DNA from: Lingula anatina
Lineage: Eukaryota > Animalia > Brachiopoda
Assembly: GCA_051362555.1 (NCBI GenBank)
Contig: CM120648.1
Location: 287,721 to 351,720, forward strand
DNA length: 64,000 bases
Reading direction: 5' to 3'
Under the pieces are notes generated by a model. It did not search any database. It was not told where the DNA came from and saw only the letters and a list, made by a program, of their open reading frames with translations. Made by a program: the position numbers and the translations under genes. Positions 23,132-36,701 of this stretch are shown here, one piece after another. The first letter of the stretch is position 1. Each line of letters begins with the position of its first letter.

Positions 23132-26100
23132 ATGTTTGCCCGACTGCTGAGTGCAGCACCGGTACAGCCCCGGCCTACAGCGCATATCACCCAATACTCT
23201 CGGACAGATGATGATGACGATGATGAAGAGGAAGAAATCCCAACCAACTTTATCAGGACCTGTGCCATCTATGTTGATGATCACATGAATGTATTCAGGG
23301 TACAGAAATAAAATAAAATAGAAAAAACAAGCTGTTTATTCCATTATGTTGTACAATAAATATAACGGTAGACCTTTATTTAGCTTAAGCTCAAATCAAG
23401 TACTAGTATGAATGTTGGGGTTATATTTGTTGCTTCAAAGGAATCTTTTATTGTGCCTTTCACAAAACACATGTACAGGTGATACTAACTCAAACGTTTT
23501 GCCATTCTCTCTCAGTCATAATTGTCAGTGTATGCTCATACCACTGCTACAGTACACCAGAGTTTTTAAAGCTAGTGTATTTAATTTTCTGTTACTTGGT
23601 ATTGAAAAACTACAACTGGATAAATAATTATGTACATTTATAATATATGTGGTATGTAGGAATGATCTTTATTCTATTTTAACTTGCAGTTGGTTCCATA
23701 TGTTGTGGGTGCAGTGGCCCTGGGGACTATAGCCAAAAGTATAGCTCTGGTATGATGATTTGTTACAACAGGAGTAGTATAATTACAAACTAACTTGTAA
23801 CAGCCCAGAAACTAGAATGTAACCAAAAGTATAGATTTGGTTTGGTGACTTGTTACATCTTTAACAGGAGTAGTAAAATTACAAAGTAATTTGCAATTGA
23901 CCAGAAACTAGAATATACTAGCCAAGGGTATATCCCTGGTATGGTGACTTGTTACATTTTTAACAGGACTAGTATAATTACAAAGTAACTTGTAACTTTC
24001 CAGAAACTAGAATATTTTTTGGTATTTACTGTAGAAAATTATTTTTTTACTCATCCATTTGTATTTATACACTGATTGATGTTTCTTGTTATTTCTCAGT
24101 GCTTCAAAAAATGTGTTCACAGTTACCAAAATTTAAAATATGTTTTTCTCTTTAGTTTCGCCAGTTTCGTCATGTGTCAGAAATACCAAAAAGATTCATC
24201 GATAACCACGTCCAGCTAGCAGGTCAGATCCGACATTGCCATAACAATGGGACGTTAGACGTGGAACACATTCCCATCGGAAATTTGATTGAAGCCTTAC
24301 GACTGACATCAAGTAAGGCCCTTTTCATATCAAGCTGTACCTTTTTCTGTATCAGGCCAGCTTGAATGAGAATTTGACAACTTCTAAGTTTATTAAAATC
24401 ACCAGGCTAATGCATAAGAGAGTTGCCTACAAGCAGAATCCCCACCTTTGGCATGGCTTATAAAGGGCACTGTAAGCTTTTCTTATCATCCCGATACCAA
24501 AAATGAGGTTTTTCCTGCATTTGTTTATTCAGAAAAGTATCTGTCTTTGTGATGAATTAAAACAATAAAAATCTCCTCGAAAATACAAAACATCAGCATT
24601 TATATTTCTCTAGCAATCGTTCAATGACCACTGAAGATTTATCTGTTATCCAAAACATTGTAAATAAGCTTAAGACAGTGAATAAGGAGTTTTTGACAAA
24701 GACTAACAATATCCTTAACCAGATTAATTTTGTTTGGTATGTTGGTGTTATGTTAGTAAGTAAACAACCATAGTCTGGGGTGGCGCTAACACTCGCCAAT
24801 TTAGCCAAATGCTAAAACTGACTTAAATTGGATAAAGAAAAGGGCTTGATTTGACATGTTTTAGCCAAATTATAAACATTTTGATAACAAATTGACAAAA
24901 ATGTGGTGATTTGGCTAAGCGAAAAAAAATTGCTAGCACTACCCCAGACAGTGTAATTACATATGTAGAACAGGCATGACACACTTGGTGTGTGAAGAGT
25001 CCAAGTTTTGAAACTTTGGCTTGTACAAGTTTCTGTTACATGTCATTTGGAGAAAAGTTGCCAGAATGGAAACTTTTATATTATTTCCAGTTATTTTTAA
25101 GAAGACATGTTATTGTTATTTGTAGGATTTGGTGTTTTGAAGAAATCTGGTAGGTCTAGGAATCATTTGTATTTCTATGTTTTAGTTTGATTTGTGTTAA
25201 ACAGTCTGACCCACAAAAATGAAATCTGTAAATATATTATAGCAGTGGCTGACAACATATTTTCTAAGTCGTCACCCTTCCAGAATTAACTAAAAGATAA
25301 ATCCTCCTTTGAAAAGAAAGTGTACTCCAAGCCACATACCTCCCCCCCCCCCAAAAAAAAAAAAAAAAAAAAAAAATCGAAGATTGACAAGACTTTAACA
25401 CCTTTTTAATATTAGCCTGGTGAGGGGAAAGACTGATCCAAATGAAAACCTTGCTTTTGTGGGAAACCATGTTGAAAATTTGACTTGCCCAATGAAGTCC
25501 TTCTTATGACCAGGGAAAGCCATATTGTCAGCCTATGTAAAGATACTACCAGTATTATAGTGTTGAAGCAAAATCTAGTTATTTTCAATAGAAGTCATTA
25601 ACTCATTCTTCCAGTTTCTTGTGAAATTAATTGTTCAGTTACAGATATTTTTTTTTTTACATTTTTGTAGTTTGGAACTGATAGTTGGGTAATCTTTTTT
25701 TTTTTGTATTTTATTTATTATCTTTTTTTTGTAATTAATGTTTCCTTTCAGATTTTGCAATTTAAAAATATTAAAATAGGTTATTTGCAATGTTTTAATT
25801 ACAACAACATCTGCTCTAGTTTGAATTGAATGAGCTTATTTTTATTAATTCTTACTGTTTTCTTTCAGACCCAGGTTTTCTGAAAGTGAGGCTAGCAGGT
25901 ATCAAGCTGGAGGAGGTTGTGGGCGTGCCATGGATCCAGGCGGAGTGTGACAGACGTTATATATGGTTTCGTATGTTGAGGGTGAACCCTGAGAATCCTG
26001 ACACGGTGGACTGCATTATACAGACTAGGAACCCATGGGTGAGCTGTACAAAATGACTAGGTCATAGTAATGCATTGTGATAGTTGAGCACATGCTGTCA

Positions 26101-27112
26101 CACCTAACACATTTACACCCATGGGTAAGGTGAACAAAGTGACTAGGTCATAGTAATGCATTGTGAGCACACGCTGTCACACCTAACACATTCAAGCTAA
26201 GCATGATCGGAGTTTTTGCATGTCAGCAATATTCAGCTGCATCTTTCCTGGATTTTCTTGGTCCTGTTGAGAAAAATTGTTGAAAGTCAGACAATGTTTA
26301 TGAATCCTTTATGTAGCAAAATAAATAAATTAAATAGGTGAAATAAAAGTAAAGAAGTGAACAATTAAAGCGCTATATGTTGTAATTTTCGTGGAAATGG
26401 TAGCAATTTTTCCAACTTCACCAAGTTATGCCTTATCCACACCTCTGGAAGGATAACATATTATGGACTTGCTTTGGAGTTCCAAATTTTTCATTTTTTA
26501 ACACCAAGAGTGAAATTGTCAGTTTTTATTTTCACATTGAGAGTAATTTAAAAACCAGAAGCTTCAACAGGATGATGGTTTGTAACTCAATTTGAACAGT
26601 TGCGGATAATGTTCATCTTCATTTGGTGATAAAGAGAAAAGAGGATTGATATTTCTTAGATTTTGTCATTTAACTTTATTATTATTATTATTATTCAAAC
26701 CAAATTGATAATCGTCTTTTTTACGTCCAAAGGGTAATGTGTATTTTTTGTACAACTTATAAATGAAAGTTTTAAACATACCAACGCAAAAAAGAAAAAA
26801 AAATTAAAGAGACATTTAATCAAAAGCAAATCACAAATTTTGACATGAAAATGACCTTTTTCTTCTCTCTCCTTCCAGTTTGCTTTCAAGAAGGACTGTT
26901 TCAATGCAGAATTAGTGCGGGAAGGCTTAGCTACAGTCACACCAATGGAAGAATTCAAAGATTGTAAAGACAGAGAGTACCTCAAGTTTATGAAACAGTT
27001 GAGAAAGGCAGAACAGCCAAAACAGAACATTTTTGTGAGAGTACTAAGATCACCGCTAACACTTTGGGAGTATTTAAAAAACAGAAGACAAACTAGGGAA
27101 AGTGAGGTTTGA
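23132..27112 (+). CDS. C3orf33: C3orf33 homolog (single TM plus SNase-like OB fold), about 262 aa; coding exons 23132-23299, 23690-23749, 24156-24312, 25869-26038, 26879-27112
   Basis: The spliced product matches the vertebrate C3orf33 pattern block by block as recalled: YVDDHMNVFR (WADDHLRLVR), hydrophobic helix ending KSIAL (RSIRL), SEIPKRFIDNHVQLAG (SDIPVEFIRRNVKLRG), VEHIPI, LKVRLAGI, IWFRML, FNAELVREGLA, LRKAE. All introns are GT-AG with a continuous frame. Confidence 0.88.
23730..24012. repeat. Three ~90-100 bp tandem repeats beginning inside a C3orf33-like exon
   Basis: Units start a(g/a)ccaa(aa/gg)gtata...tggt and end ...cagaaactagaat, beginning at about 23730, 23820 and 23919. Confidence 0.85.
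24773..24949. mobile_element. Intronic MITE
   Basis: Inverted ends gtctggggtggcgctaac / gctagcactaccccagac and inner ttagccaaat / atttggctaa. Confidence 0.55.
25246..25533. mobile_element. Intronic MITE (degenerate)
   Basis: Inverted ends ggctgacaacatat / atattgtcagcc. Confidence 0.4.
26032..26192. repeat. Tandem duplication of ~85 bp that includes the donor at 26039
   Basis: cccatgggt...gactaggtcatagtaatgcattgtga...gctgtcacacctaacacatt occurs twice. Confidence 0.85.
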
Positions 27113-27251
27113 TGAGATGAGATGATGAGATTTTGTTGTTATTATGCTAGTACATGTACTGCCATGGCTGTTGATAAACTTAAAAAAACACAAGCAAATG
27201 CAGCAGTTTAATTTTAACAAGGATTTATGATGGGTGGAAAAGGACGAAATT

Positions 27252-27338
27252 ATCCCAGCAAACACAGAGCATTTAAGAACGTTTTTAAGAACGTAATGTT
27301 ATGGTAACGTTTTATTAATTTTCTGTGGTTGCTGAGAT
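27252..27338. mobile_element. Tiny MITE with CCCAGCAAACAC-type ends in the 3' UTR region
   Basis: atcccagcaaacacag ... ctgtggttgctgagat, with an internal direct repeat tttaagaacgt. Confidence 0.45.
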
Positions 27339-29339
27339 TAGCTCCGCATCTTCAAGGTTTCAGATTTAACATAGCAAATCAACAGTTTAGTTGTGACGGT
27401 TTTATTCAGTACCGTGTAAGGTCAGCAGGTCATGTCTTGATGACACTCGGCTGTTTTCACAATCGTGTATGAGTGTGGATTTAACAATGGCGGTTGTGGT
27501 ACAATAAAGGAGTAGATTGGATCGATATGGTTAGATGTCGTATCTGCACCATATCTGTTGTGTCTCTCTCTAGCTTGACATAGAAATAACTCAAGTTTGA
27601 CCCATTTTTTCAATTGTAAATTGAATGGGTCTCTACACACCGTATATCAGTGGAGAGAATGTTTTCAAACGTCCAGTAGAATTGGAATGAAAACTATGGA
27701 TAACTCTGATACTGAAGTTATAGGTAGTTTTCACACTATGTAATACTAAGTATTTTTAAAAAATTAAAATATGCATTTGATGTTGAATCCATACGCTGTG
27801 TGAATGACCAGCTTTCAATGCTGCTGGTAAATAAATGTGTTAATATTGGCTTTTTTTGAACAAGCTGCGTAACTCTTAGTCTTATTTTCAACAGAGAAAA
27901 AAACAGCAATGCACTAAGAAAACTCTCCATGTCCTTATCCGCCCCCTGCGATGTCCAGTTAATTAGTTGAAAACATTACTTAAATCCAGTGACCACCCAG
28001 AGATTGAGGACACGTGTAGGGTAAAACCCACCCGGATTTGTTCAATAGATAGAAAAGATCCATCTTTGCCTTACTGTCGCAGCGTAACTTTGATCTCGAC
28101 CGAGTAACAGAAACCTAGAATGATTGACCAGATCTCCTTTAAAGATCAAAGCCATAGTTTTGCCCTTAAATGAAAAATAAAAAAGATGAAAAATCAGAGA
28201 TAACGCCATGGGTACAAATCAATGGTAATTCAAGATACACGCTTTTGGTTAGGAAAGCAATTTGCACTGAAAGAGAAGTTTCCCATTACTCTTGATTGCA
28301 ATCTTAATCAATTTCATGATATTTGAGATAAGCTGCGGCCGAGCTTGGTAGGACTGGGTTTTTGACTTATTTTGTACTGCAATGGCTCCCTGGGGGTGAT
28401 GGCACATTATGCAATGGCGCATACAAAGGGTTTTTTATTCAATGAATCGATATCGTTTTTGTGACGCTAAGCAGACAATTTGTTTTACGTCGTTTAAATT
28501 GTGGATTTTCATAGCCGAAAGGGGTTCAGGTCGAGTGCGCGCCAGGTTCGTTTTGATGTTTTGACCGTAGATTGAAGAAATAACGGAATACATTGGTGAA
28601 TGCGGGGAGTTTTCCTTTTATTCATAACATAATTAGAGTTTTTATTCCCATTGGTTGGTTTGAAAGTGTGCGAACGGGGCGCGTTCCAAGGGAAATCCAG
28701 CTTTCAACTCGTGTAAACCCAGCATAGAGATAAGGATCGCACTTTTCTCGTAAATTGGACAATTTGTTTTTCTCTTTATCCCCATTTAGGTTTATGGTTT
28801 TTCTTGGAATATTTTACTTTTGATTGTTCATGGAAATGAATAAAAGATACTTGACACTGATATCTTCGAAATCGGAGATGCTATCGCTGGGAAAAAGGGA
28901 AAAAAGTATTAATTGCGAGCGGCGTCTGATGCTCTGTTGTGCACCTCATTTGCCACTTTCAATGGAGAAGTACAAAGCCTTTTATTATCGCAGAAAAGAA
29001 TTGAAGAAGTGCAATTAAAAAGCCAAACAACTTAACAATAGCGAAAAAAAGACTAGTGCAGTGATACCCAAAAGCGGTAAACTGATTAAAATGGAAAAGG
29101 AGAAAAACATATAAATATAGGCAGTTTTGAATAATAATAAAAAAAAAAAACGCCTTTAAGTGACTGCCTGAAACAGTTTAAATTGGTTAAAAGACAAAAA
29201 AGGATCCAAGACGTCTTTCCAATTCTCTTCAAAAAACAAAGCACCAATACAATAAAGCTGGTAAGGCCTGAACAATGTTGAGCCATCAGTCTTTGGCTTT
29301 GCTAAGCTAGGGACACTGACAAAACATCGATATATAAGT

Positions 29340-30988
29340 TATTAGTACCACCAGCGTGTACGCTGGCGGTACTCATGGTTTTAGTCCCGACCCGTATCGT
29401 ACGGCTCCGCCGGCTCCGCCGGCTCCGTAAGCTCCGCCGGCTCCGCAGGGTGGCGTGGGATACAAGTCACCGTTACCGCTTCTCCTCCTAGACTGCATGG
29501 GCCTGTGTCCCCATCTCTTGGATTTAGGTCACATATAATCTCAACTTGAACCCCCTGGTTTTTTTGTCTCGATCGGTGCAATTGCCTGGGCGTGACGCTC
29601 GTTGAAATGCACCCTTGTCAAAATTTTTGAAAATTCAATGCTATATATCTCCCAAACTGAAGGAATTATGGGAAAAATTAATATACAAGTCTGACCGAAA
29701 GTCACATATGAGGATTCCAAATATGCCCTTGGATTTGACCTTTGACCTTTATTTCAAGGTCAAACAGGCCAAAATTTTCAAAAAAAGGGAATTTTTTATG
29801 AAAAAAAAATTATTTGTGCTGATATTCAGAAACTACGCAGACCTAACCTCTAACACTTTTGGTAGTTGTTACCCTTCAGGTTATCTTTCATCTCTGTGAG
29901 TTTCGAGTCAATCGATGCATTTTCACGGGAGCAGCGTCCATTAGATGCTGAAACATAAAACTCTCTCTAATTCTGGAGTCGTTAATGCTAGAGACCTCTT
30001 GTTTTTTGCATTTGATAGAGCATGTCAAGCCCAACACTGGAGGTGGTCTCCGTTTTTTTGTTTTCCATACGGTTCACGAGTTATGCTGTATCAAAAAGTA
30101 CATTCCTACTTTTCACCATTAACTGAAGTTTGAAAATTTTTAGTCTCTTATATCTCCAAAACTAGAAGAGTTGGGTCAATAGTTACTATTGAAGTTGAAT
30201 AGGAAGTCATATACTGGCAATTTAACTGTGACCTTGAAATTGACCTTTGACCTACTTTTCACCATGGACTGAACTTTGCAACTTTTTTCAGTGCTTATAC
30301 TTTCAAAACTGGCAAAGATATGCCCATAGTTAGTACCACCAGTGTGTAAGTTGGGGTATTCGTGGTTTTAGTACCAACCCATATCGTACGGCTCCGCAGG
30401 GTGGTGTGGGATAAAAGGCACCATTACCAATTATCCTCCTAGATCGCAAAAAAGGAAATTTCTGCAAAAAGATATTTGTTTGTGCCAATGTTCAGAAACT
30501 AAGCAGACCTTAGCTCTCATATTATACTGAGGGGTTACAATTGCAGACTGCTTTAATGTGTGGAAGTTCGGGGTCAATCGGTGCATTTTCATAGGAAAAG
30601 CAGCCATTAGATGCCAAAACTGAAAATTCTCCCTAATTCTGGAACAGTTAATGCTACAGACGTCTTACTATCCTTACTAGCCTTACATTTACTATCCCTT
30701 TAAGCTGGTTCCATTAGGTGGATAAAAGGCAACACAGCTAAACCTGAAAATGAATAAACATTAAATATTATTTCCATTACAGTATGTAAATACCTTTGAT
30801 TGAAAGTCCTACATTTACAAAAAAAAAAAAAAAAAAAAAAAACACCTTGTTTACTACATTTCCTGCAGCTTGTCACCCACAACCATACAGGTGGGGCCCC
30901 ACTTTCTTTTTCTTTCCCATACAAATGCGCTTACCCCAGCTGGTGGTACAATATCAGGAGGCGGTATCGCCTCTCTGATCCTCTAGTT
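29340..30988 (+). mobile_element. Non-autonomous Helentron/HINE (DINE-1-like) element with a second internal 5' end at about 30330
   Basis: 5' subTIR GTACCACCAGC with adjacent inverted copy GCTGGCGGTAC, short tandem (ggctccgcc)n, internal ttgacctttgacct repeats, 3' subTIR GCTGGTGGTAC (about 30939-30949), terminal hairpin atcaggaggcg-gtat-cgcctctctgat, then CTAG-TT. Confidence 0.8.
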
Positions 30989-33445
30989 AATCTTGGTCTT
31001 TTCATTATTTTTCATTTCATAATTCTTCCAGTTCTTAGTCTTGTCGATATTATTGAAAAATGCGAATGAAAATTAACCTCGGCTTAGGATCAGTGGACGT
31101 ACTATTCTCAGAGTCGACAACTCTACGCATTCTTGCATATTTTACCTTTTGTTTAAAACCCCCTTATCTGTTATCTACAGGTGTTCACATGTAGTGTAAA
31201 CGTTGAAACTCAAGCCGCCTGATATATAATGCAATCTGCAATATTCAATGACCTTGGAAGGTAAAGCTGGAGGTGAAGCGGGGTGAGGGGGGGTGGGGGT
31301 GGGAGCTGTGTCCTACCTCGTTCCTGCTGTTGCTGTGCGTGTATATTTTGAGCACACCCATTATTTACATATCCATGGTGACATTAAGCATGTTTTATCA
31401 TAACATAGGGCTTCTACTGTTTGTTTTATTTGTTTATTCCCATCGTTTCTTTTTCACCTTGAAACCATTGTATCTTGGTCACTTTTAATTGTGATCGATA
31501 CTTCGCTGTGAGTGTACCCTCTTTGAACTGATAGTGGAGAAGAAAAGTGTTCAGGAAATCTCTGGAATTTTAAACACACGTGCCATAATATGGTACATTT
31601 ATAAACATGTGTATCAGAAAAACTTGCAGGCACGCCCTTATAGCTAAAGTATAGAATGTTTCCTCTACTATACCATGCAGAATACCCAGCTCAACAGAGT
31701 TATTTTAATACATTTATTCCCCTTATCACTTTATTCCAGTTTATTCTATTATTTTTAATGTGTCCTAACAGGTGTGTATAAGCCAAGAAATTTAAGAAAC
31801 ACCAAAAAATAAAAGGTTCCATACGTTGTCATTGTCTACATACACCATTAGTCAAAAAGTTTTAGGCATATTTTGACCATCTATAAAAGACTACTTTCCA
31901 AAGAAATCATATTACGTTATGCGGCAGTGCTTTAGACAAGGCAGTCAGTTAATTGTTACTGACAGTCTAAGCCACAAATTTCTTTATTTACTTTGTTCAC
32001 TTGAGATACACGTTTGAAACCTAAATAATAGATTTAACGAACACATGCGTTTTAAACTAATTAAATATTCCACACTTAACGCCAAGGCTGTACATTCATG
32101 TAACTCGGCAATATAATATGCTAAAGTATTCTGATTTGACTTAGATCCCATGTTTCCACCCCGCATCCCGCATTTTAGCCTTTAGCGGTTGAATATTTCA
32201 CTTCAAAAACAGAGTATTGAAACTCAAGGCCAATACTTATGTAGACAGCTTACGTGGCTCGTTTTACCAAAAATCCAAGGTTTGCGGCGCGCTTTGGGAA
32301 TAAGATAGTTGGCAGAAATAACTGCAACAGGACGCGTCGAAGGAAAAAAAAATCACTAAATTGATGAACTAGAATTACGCCACACAAAGTGGTCGCGACC
32401 ATAAAGGAAAGAAGGGAGAAGGCAAGGTTATTATGACTATCACTTATCTCAGAACCGTGGCATGTCACTGTTTGATTGATTTATTCGATTGATTGATCGG
32501 TTTAGAAGCATGCAGCAACATGAAGGCTAGTTAGACAAGAACATTCAGTTTGAAGAAGAAGGCATGCATCCATCGTAACAATTCATATTGGCTATTTTCG
32601 GGAAAGCAGAAGCTTTTCAGGTAATTCACATTAATATCAAGAAGCAATATTATAAAACTCTTGTTGTAAATATTATTGCCAAATATTGTCCATCTTTATG
32701 TTTGAGATCAGGGTTAACATGGGGTGGCAGTTCATAATCTGAACATATTAACTTGGGGGTGGGGGTGGGGCTGGGGGGAGGGTTATATCCAGAAATAGTT
32801 GCGAAATACTGGCAGATAGAGAGGAAGGTACAGTCAGTTCATGCTTTAAAAAAACGTACAAAGAACGAAAAGATACAAAACCAAACATGTTTTCTGTCAC
32901 CGTGCTATAAGTAAGATTAGTCCGCTGTTATAAATGTACATGATATTTGCCGAGGAAACGATTTTTATCTCCGAGCACCCCCGTTCCTAGCACAGTACAA
33001 TTTTGTTGAGTCTGTTGACTGCAATGGTACATGTATACCATATAAACACATCATAAACATGCTGTATTCAAAATTCATTTTAGAATAGGAAAACATTCAA
33101 GCTAAACACAAATCCTTTGATCGAAAAAGGGAAGGCGTTTTCGCTTTTTTGGATTCTTTGGCTTTATCATAAAGTACGATTGGAAACTCCATTGTGTGAA
33201 AACAAGCCGAGTTATTTGATAAGATTTAATGGACTTGCTGGCTCCGAGTTTAGGAGGAAAACCCATCGATCTTGCTTAGGTTAGTTCCAATGTCTACCTT
33301 TCAATAAAATTAGACACAAACGCTGCGCTAAAATGTTTTTGGCATTTTAGCTGATGTCGGAGAACTCTTCGGAACAGTAACTAATGGTATATTATTGTTG
33401 AAACGCTTTTTAATATTTGAGGTTAAATAAACTTTCATTCAGCTT

Positions 33446-33485
<40 letters not shown>
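33446..33485. repeat. (AG)n microsatellite
   Basis: Direct reading. Confidence 0.9.
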
Positions 33486-33486
<1 letters not shown>

Positions 33487-36486
33487 TGTGTGCGAGAGGG
33501 GTAGGGGGATTGCTCTAAACTCTCAGAGCCGAATAGGATGTGGTTTCAAGACAATTTATCACATTTTTTCGGAAATAAACGGACTGAAAACGATGTAACG
33601 AGGCGTTATAAAGCAATTTAGCTGTGGACAGTACAGACAAACACGATTCCTTCAAGCCGCAATTTTTCAAAAAAAAAAAAAAAAAAAAAAAATCAATTGC
33701 AGTAACAATTAGCACGCATGGTTTCTCGTCTTCAATATCCTCACCAAACAAAGCCTTCCTCCCCCCAAAAATAATACCACACAGTATCCAACCTTCACAT
33801 TTGCCGGGCCATATTCTTTGAAATCTCAGCGTTATATCTAATTTCCATTGAAAATGGCGGAGTCTCCTGTCTGGTGCCTTATTGAAAATTGATAAGCCGT
33901 TCGAAAGATCATTACAATGTTATTAATCTTGTCCTCCAAGAACGCTGGCATGCTGTAATGGGCGTTATCATATTCAGTGCTACTAGGCTTATAGAAAGAA
34001 AAAAAAGCTAAATTGATACGACAGAGAAAAAAAATCAAATTGATGCGGTATTGTTAACCGAGATGTGCAATGACAAAAACTCAACGGCAAGTTCCTCAGT
34101 TCGTGTTGGAATAGTTCCTATAAGTGTAATCTATACTGAAAACTCATTAACGTTATTACTTCAGAGTATAATCCATGAAATAGTATGAGCAAGTACATGG
34201 TAGAATGACACTCTCACAATGTGTGTAAAAACATATAATTTATTGCTCCAACTGAACATTCAGTTGATTATTAAGTACATTGTCACTGAAGTAGGCCCTA
34301 TATATTATAACTGCTGGTGTTGGTATTAATGGGGGGGGGGGGTAGGCGGGTGATGTTGTTATATTTAACTAACGAAGTCTTACTATCGCATCATACATGT
34401 ATATACAGTAAGACACATGCAGTGGCGGATTTGGGGGGGGGGGGGGGGGTCAGGAACCTGTTTTGGACTGTTTTGTACTGACTCCCCCCCTTCGATGTCT
34501 GAAAAAAAGCACACCAATGGTCCTCTCTTAAAATAGGAATTTTAACCAAATAAAGTTATCCAATACTAAGTTATCGAGATATCCATGAACGAGTGGTGTT
34601 TCTTTAATGTTCCTGGATAGCACTGTATTGCACGGAGAAAAAACATGTCAAAAAGAGTTCATGTCCCATGTGTGAGGTACCAGATGTGAGAGGCCGTGGT
34701 TTCGTGGAATTTGGGCTTCGTTATTATCATGATGTTCAGGATTTGCAATGAAAAGCAACGCATTTTCGATCATCTCAATGTGATAATTATTTCTTCTCTT
34801 AGTATTTAAGAAAGAACCTAACAGTACTAACAGTGCAAACCACTTTAAATACCACTGTAGGCCTGCATCCCGTACCTTTAAGGCATTTATAGCAACATTT
34901 TTGACTTCATTTACCCCTGAAAATATAGACTGTTTATTACAATTGAAATATATAGCGTACAAGGATGGTATATTGCTTGGTTGTGTCTCGTTTTGCAAGT
35001 AATTTTTTTCAGAGATAAGATGGTGTGTGTTGTGTGGGTAGGGGGGGGGATTGCTTCCGGATCCGCATCAGGGCTATGAAAAAATTCTTTTGCCAAATAT
35101 GTCATATCCTGATGAGCTCCCGGTGCAATCCAGGATCGAGCTAGCATATTTATACCCCAGGGTTTTTCCCAGTCTAGGTAACACTGTTCTACTTGTACTT
35201 TTCATCGGTTGATGAAGTTTACACATTAAGGACTACTTATTTTCAATATTTGCATTAAACATGATCGTGTTAGCATATAACGAATCACAGGTCACGGCGT
35301 TCAATGCCAAATTTGCGTGTTGACACGAATAAAAACTTCACTTCGAACCGGATACATGGTTGTAGTAATGAACCTATTATATCAATCATTTAATGAAGCT
35401 ATTCAGTTGATACAACATCGTACTTATTAATTTGAAAGTGGCATATGTTTGTTTATAATTTGTGCACTTGTTGCCCGAGACTCCCTGCCCCCCCCCCCGC
35501 CCCCCCTACCCCCCCCCCCCCCCCCAACACACACACACACATTAAAACAGACATTGAAATTACCAATACTGATGCTGAAAAGGGGATATTACCTAAACAG
35601 CTGCAAACGACCAGAGACTGTGAAGACGACAAATTTAAGCTAAAAGCGTCCATTTTACTGTATTATATATGTAAATGTAATAAAAATATCGTCGTGGCAT
35701 CATACCCAGTAAAACCAGAAGCAGTTAAACTAATTCAACAGGGAACTATGCTAGTTTGACGCACAACGAGCACTCCTATGGACAACCCTGAAGGCACACA
35801 AAGAGAGTATAAGACTGTTTATATAGCATTTTTATTATTTTCCGGGAAAAATACCTTTCCGTCAACCTCCAAGGGATAACATAAACACGTAATTAATAAA
35901 GCCGTTTTTGAGTTTTTTTCTAATTCTGAGTGGGTTTCATAATGGATGTTATAACTGTATGGCTACTTTCACTCGTGGCTCTGAAAATGAGAAATTATAA
36001 GAACTCGAAATCGGATTTATGGGTCGCAATTTCCTCAACGGTTTAGTGTTAAAGGGAAATTGCTGACAATTCCAGAAACATATCTATTTCATTATTTGTT
36101 TCTTATTTATTTCTTATTTATTTATTTATTTTTTAACTCCTGCATTGTCTCTAAAGTTCTAAAGCGTATCACACACCTTTAACATTCACAAAAGGAACAT
36201 CTACAACGCAACACTTTTTCTAATATGTAAGTGTGAAGCCCGGTGTGTGCTGCTTTAAACTGACCTTGACTCCAGGATTGCAAATGGCTGGCTGCTACGC
36301 CGACACTGATGATTGGTTTTCTGGGAACATGGGTTCCCAACGGCTCTTTAAGTTAGCGAAAACATTTGTTTAAGGCAGATATCATCTACAAATTGTACAC
36401 AGTTGTATCAATGGGATATGTATTTTAATAGCCTGTCGTTTATTAAGAGACTATATACTGGTAATAATTCCATCATTCTACTATTG

Positions 36487-36487
<1 letters not shown>

Positions 36488-36524
<37 letters not shown>

Positions 36525-36648
36525 TGCATTTGTCAATGCGTAAGAGATTAATAACCGTTTACTAGTCTTAGTCATTTTCTACATACACACATACACACAC
36601 ACACACACATCTATTCATCTTTGTATTTATCTATTTATGCATTTATAT

Positions 36649-36699
<51 letters not shown>

Positions 36700-36701
36700 T
36701 T
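36488..36701. repeat. Poly-G run, (CA)n and (TTTA)n simple repeats
   Basis: G run 36488-36523, CA run about 36580-36609, TTTA run about 36640-36701. Confidence 0.9.

Noticed and set aside
28138-29160. Kolobok-like element bounded by TTAAAG...CTTTAA
   Set aside because: Terminal inverted similarity beyond 6 bp could not be confirmed by eye.
29400-29450. CRISPR-like or coding repeat (PAEPAE ORF)
   Set aside because: It is a 9-bp tandem repeat inside the HINE head, with no spacers, in a eukaryotic context.
35445-35759. Proline-rich ORF
   Set aside because: It derives from a poly-C and (CA)n simple repeat.
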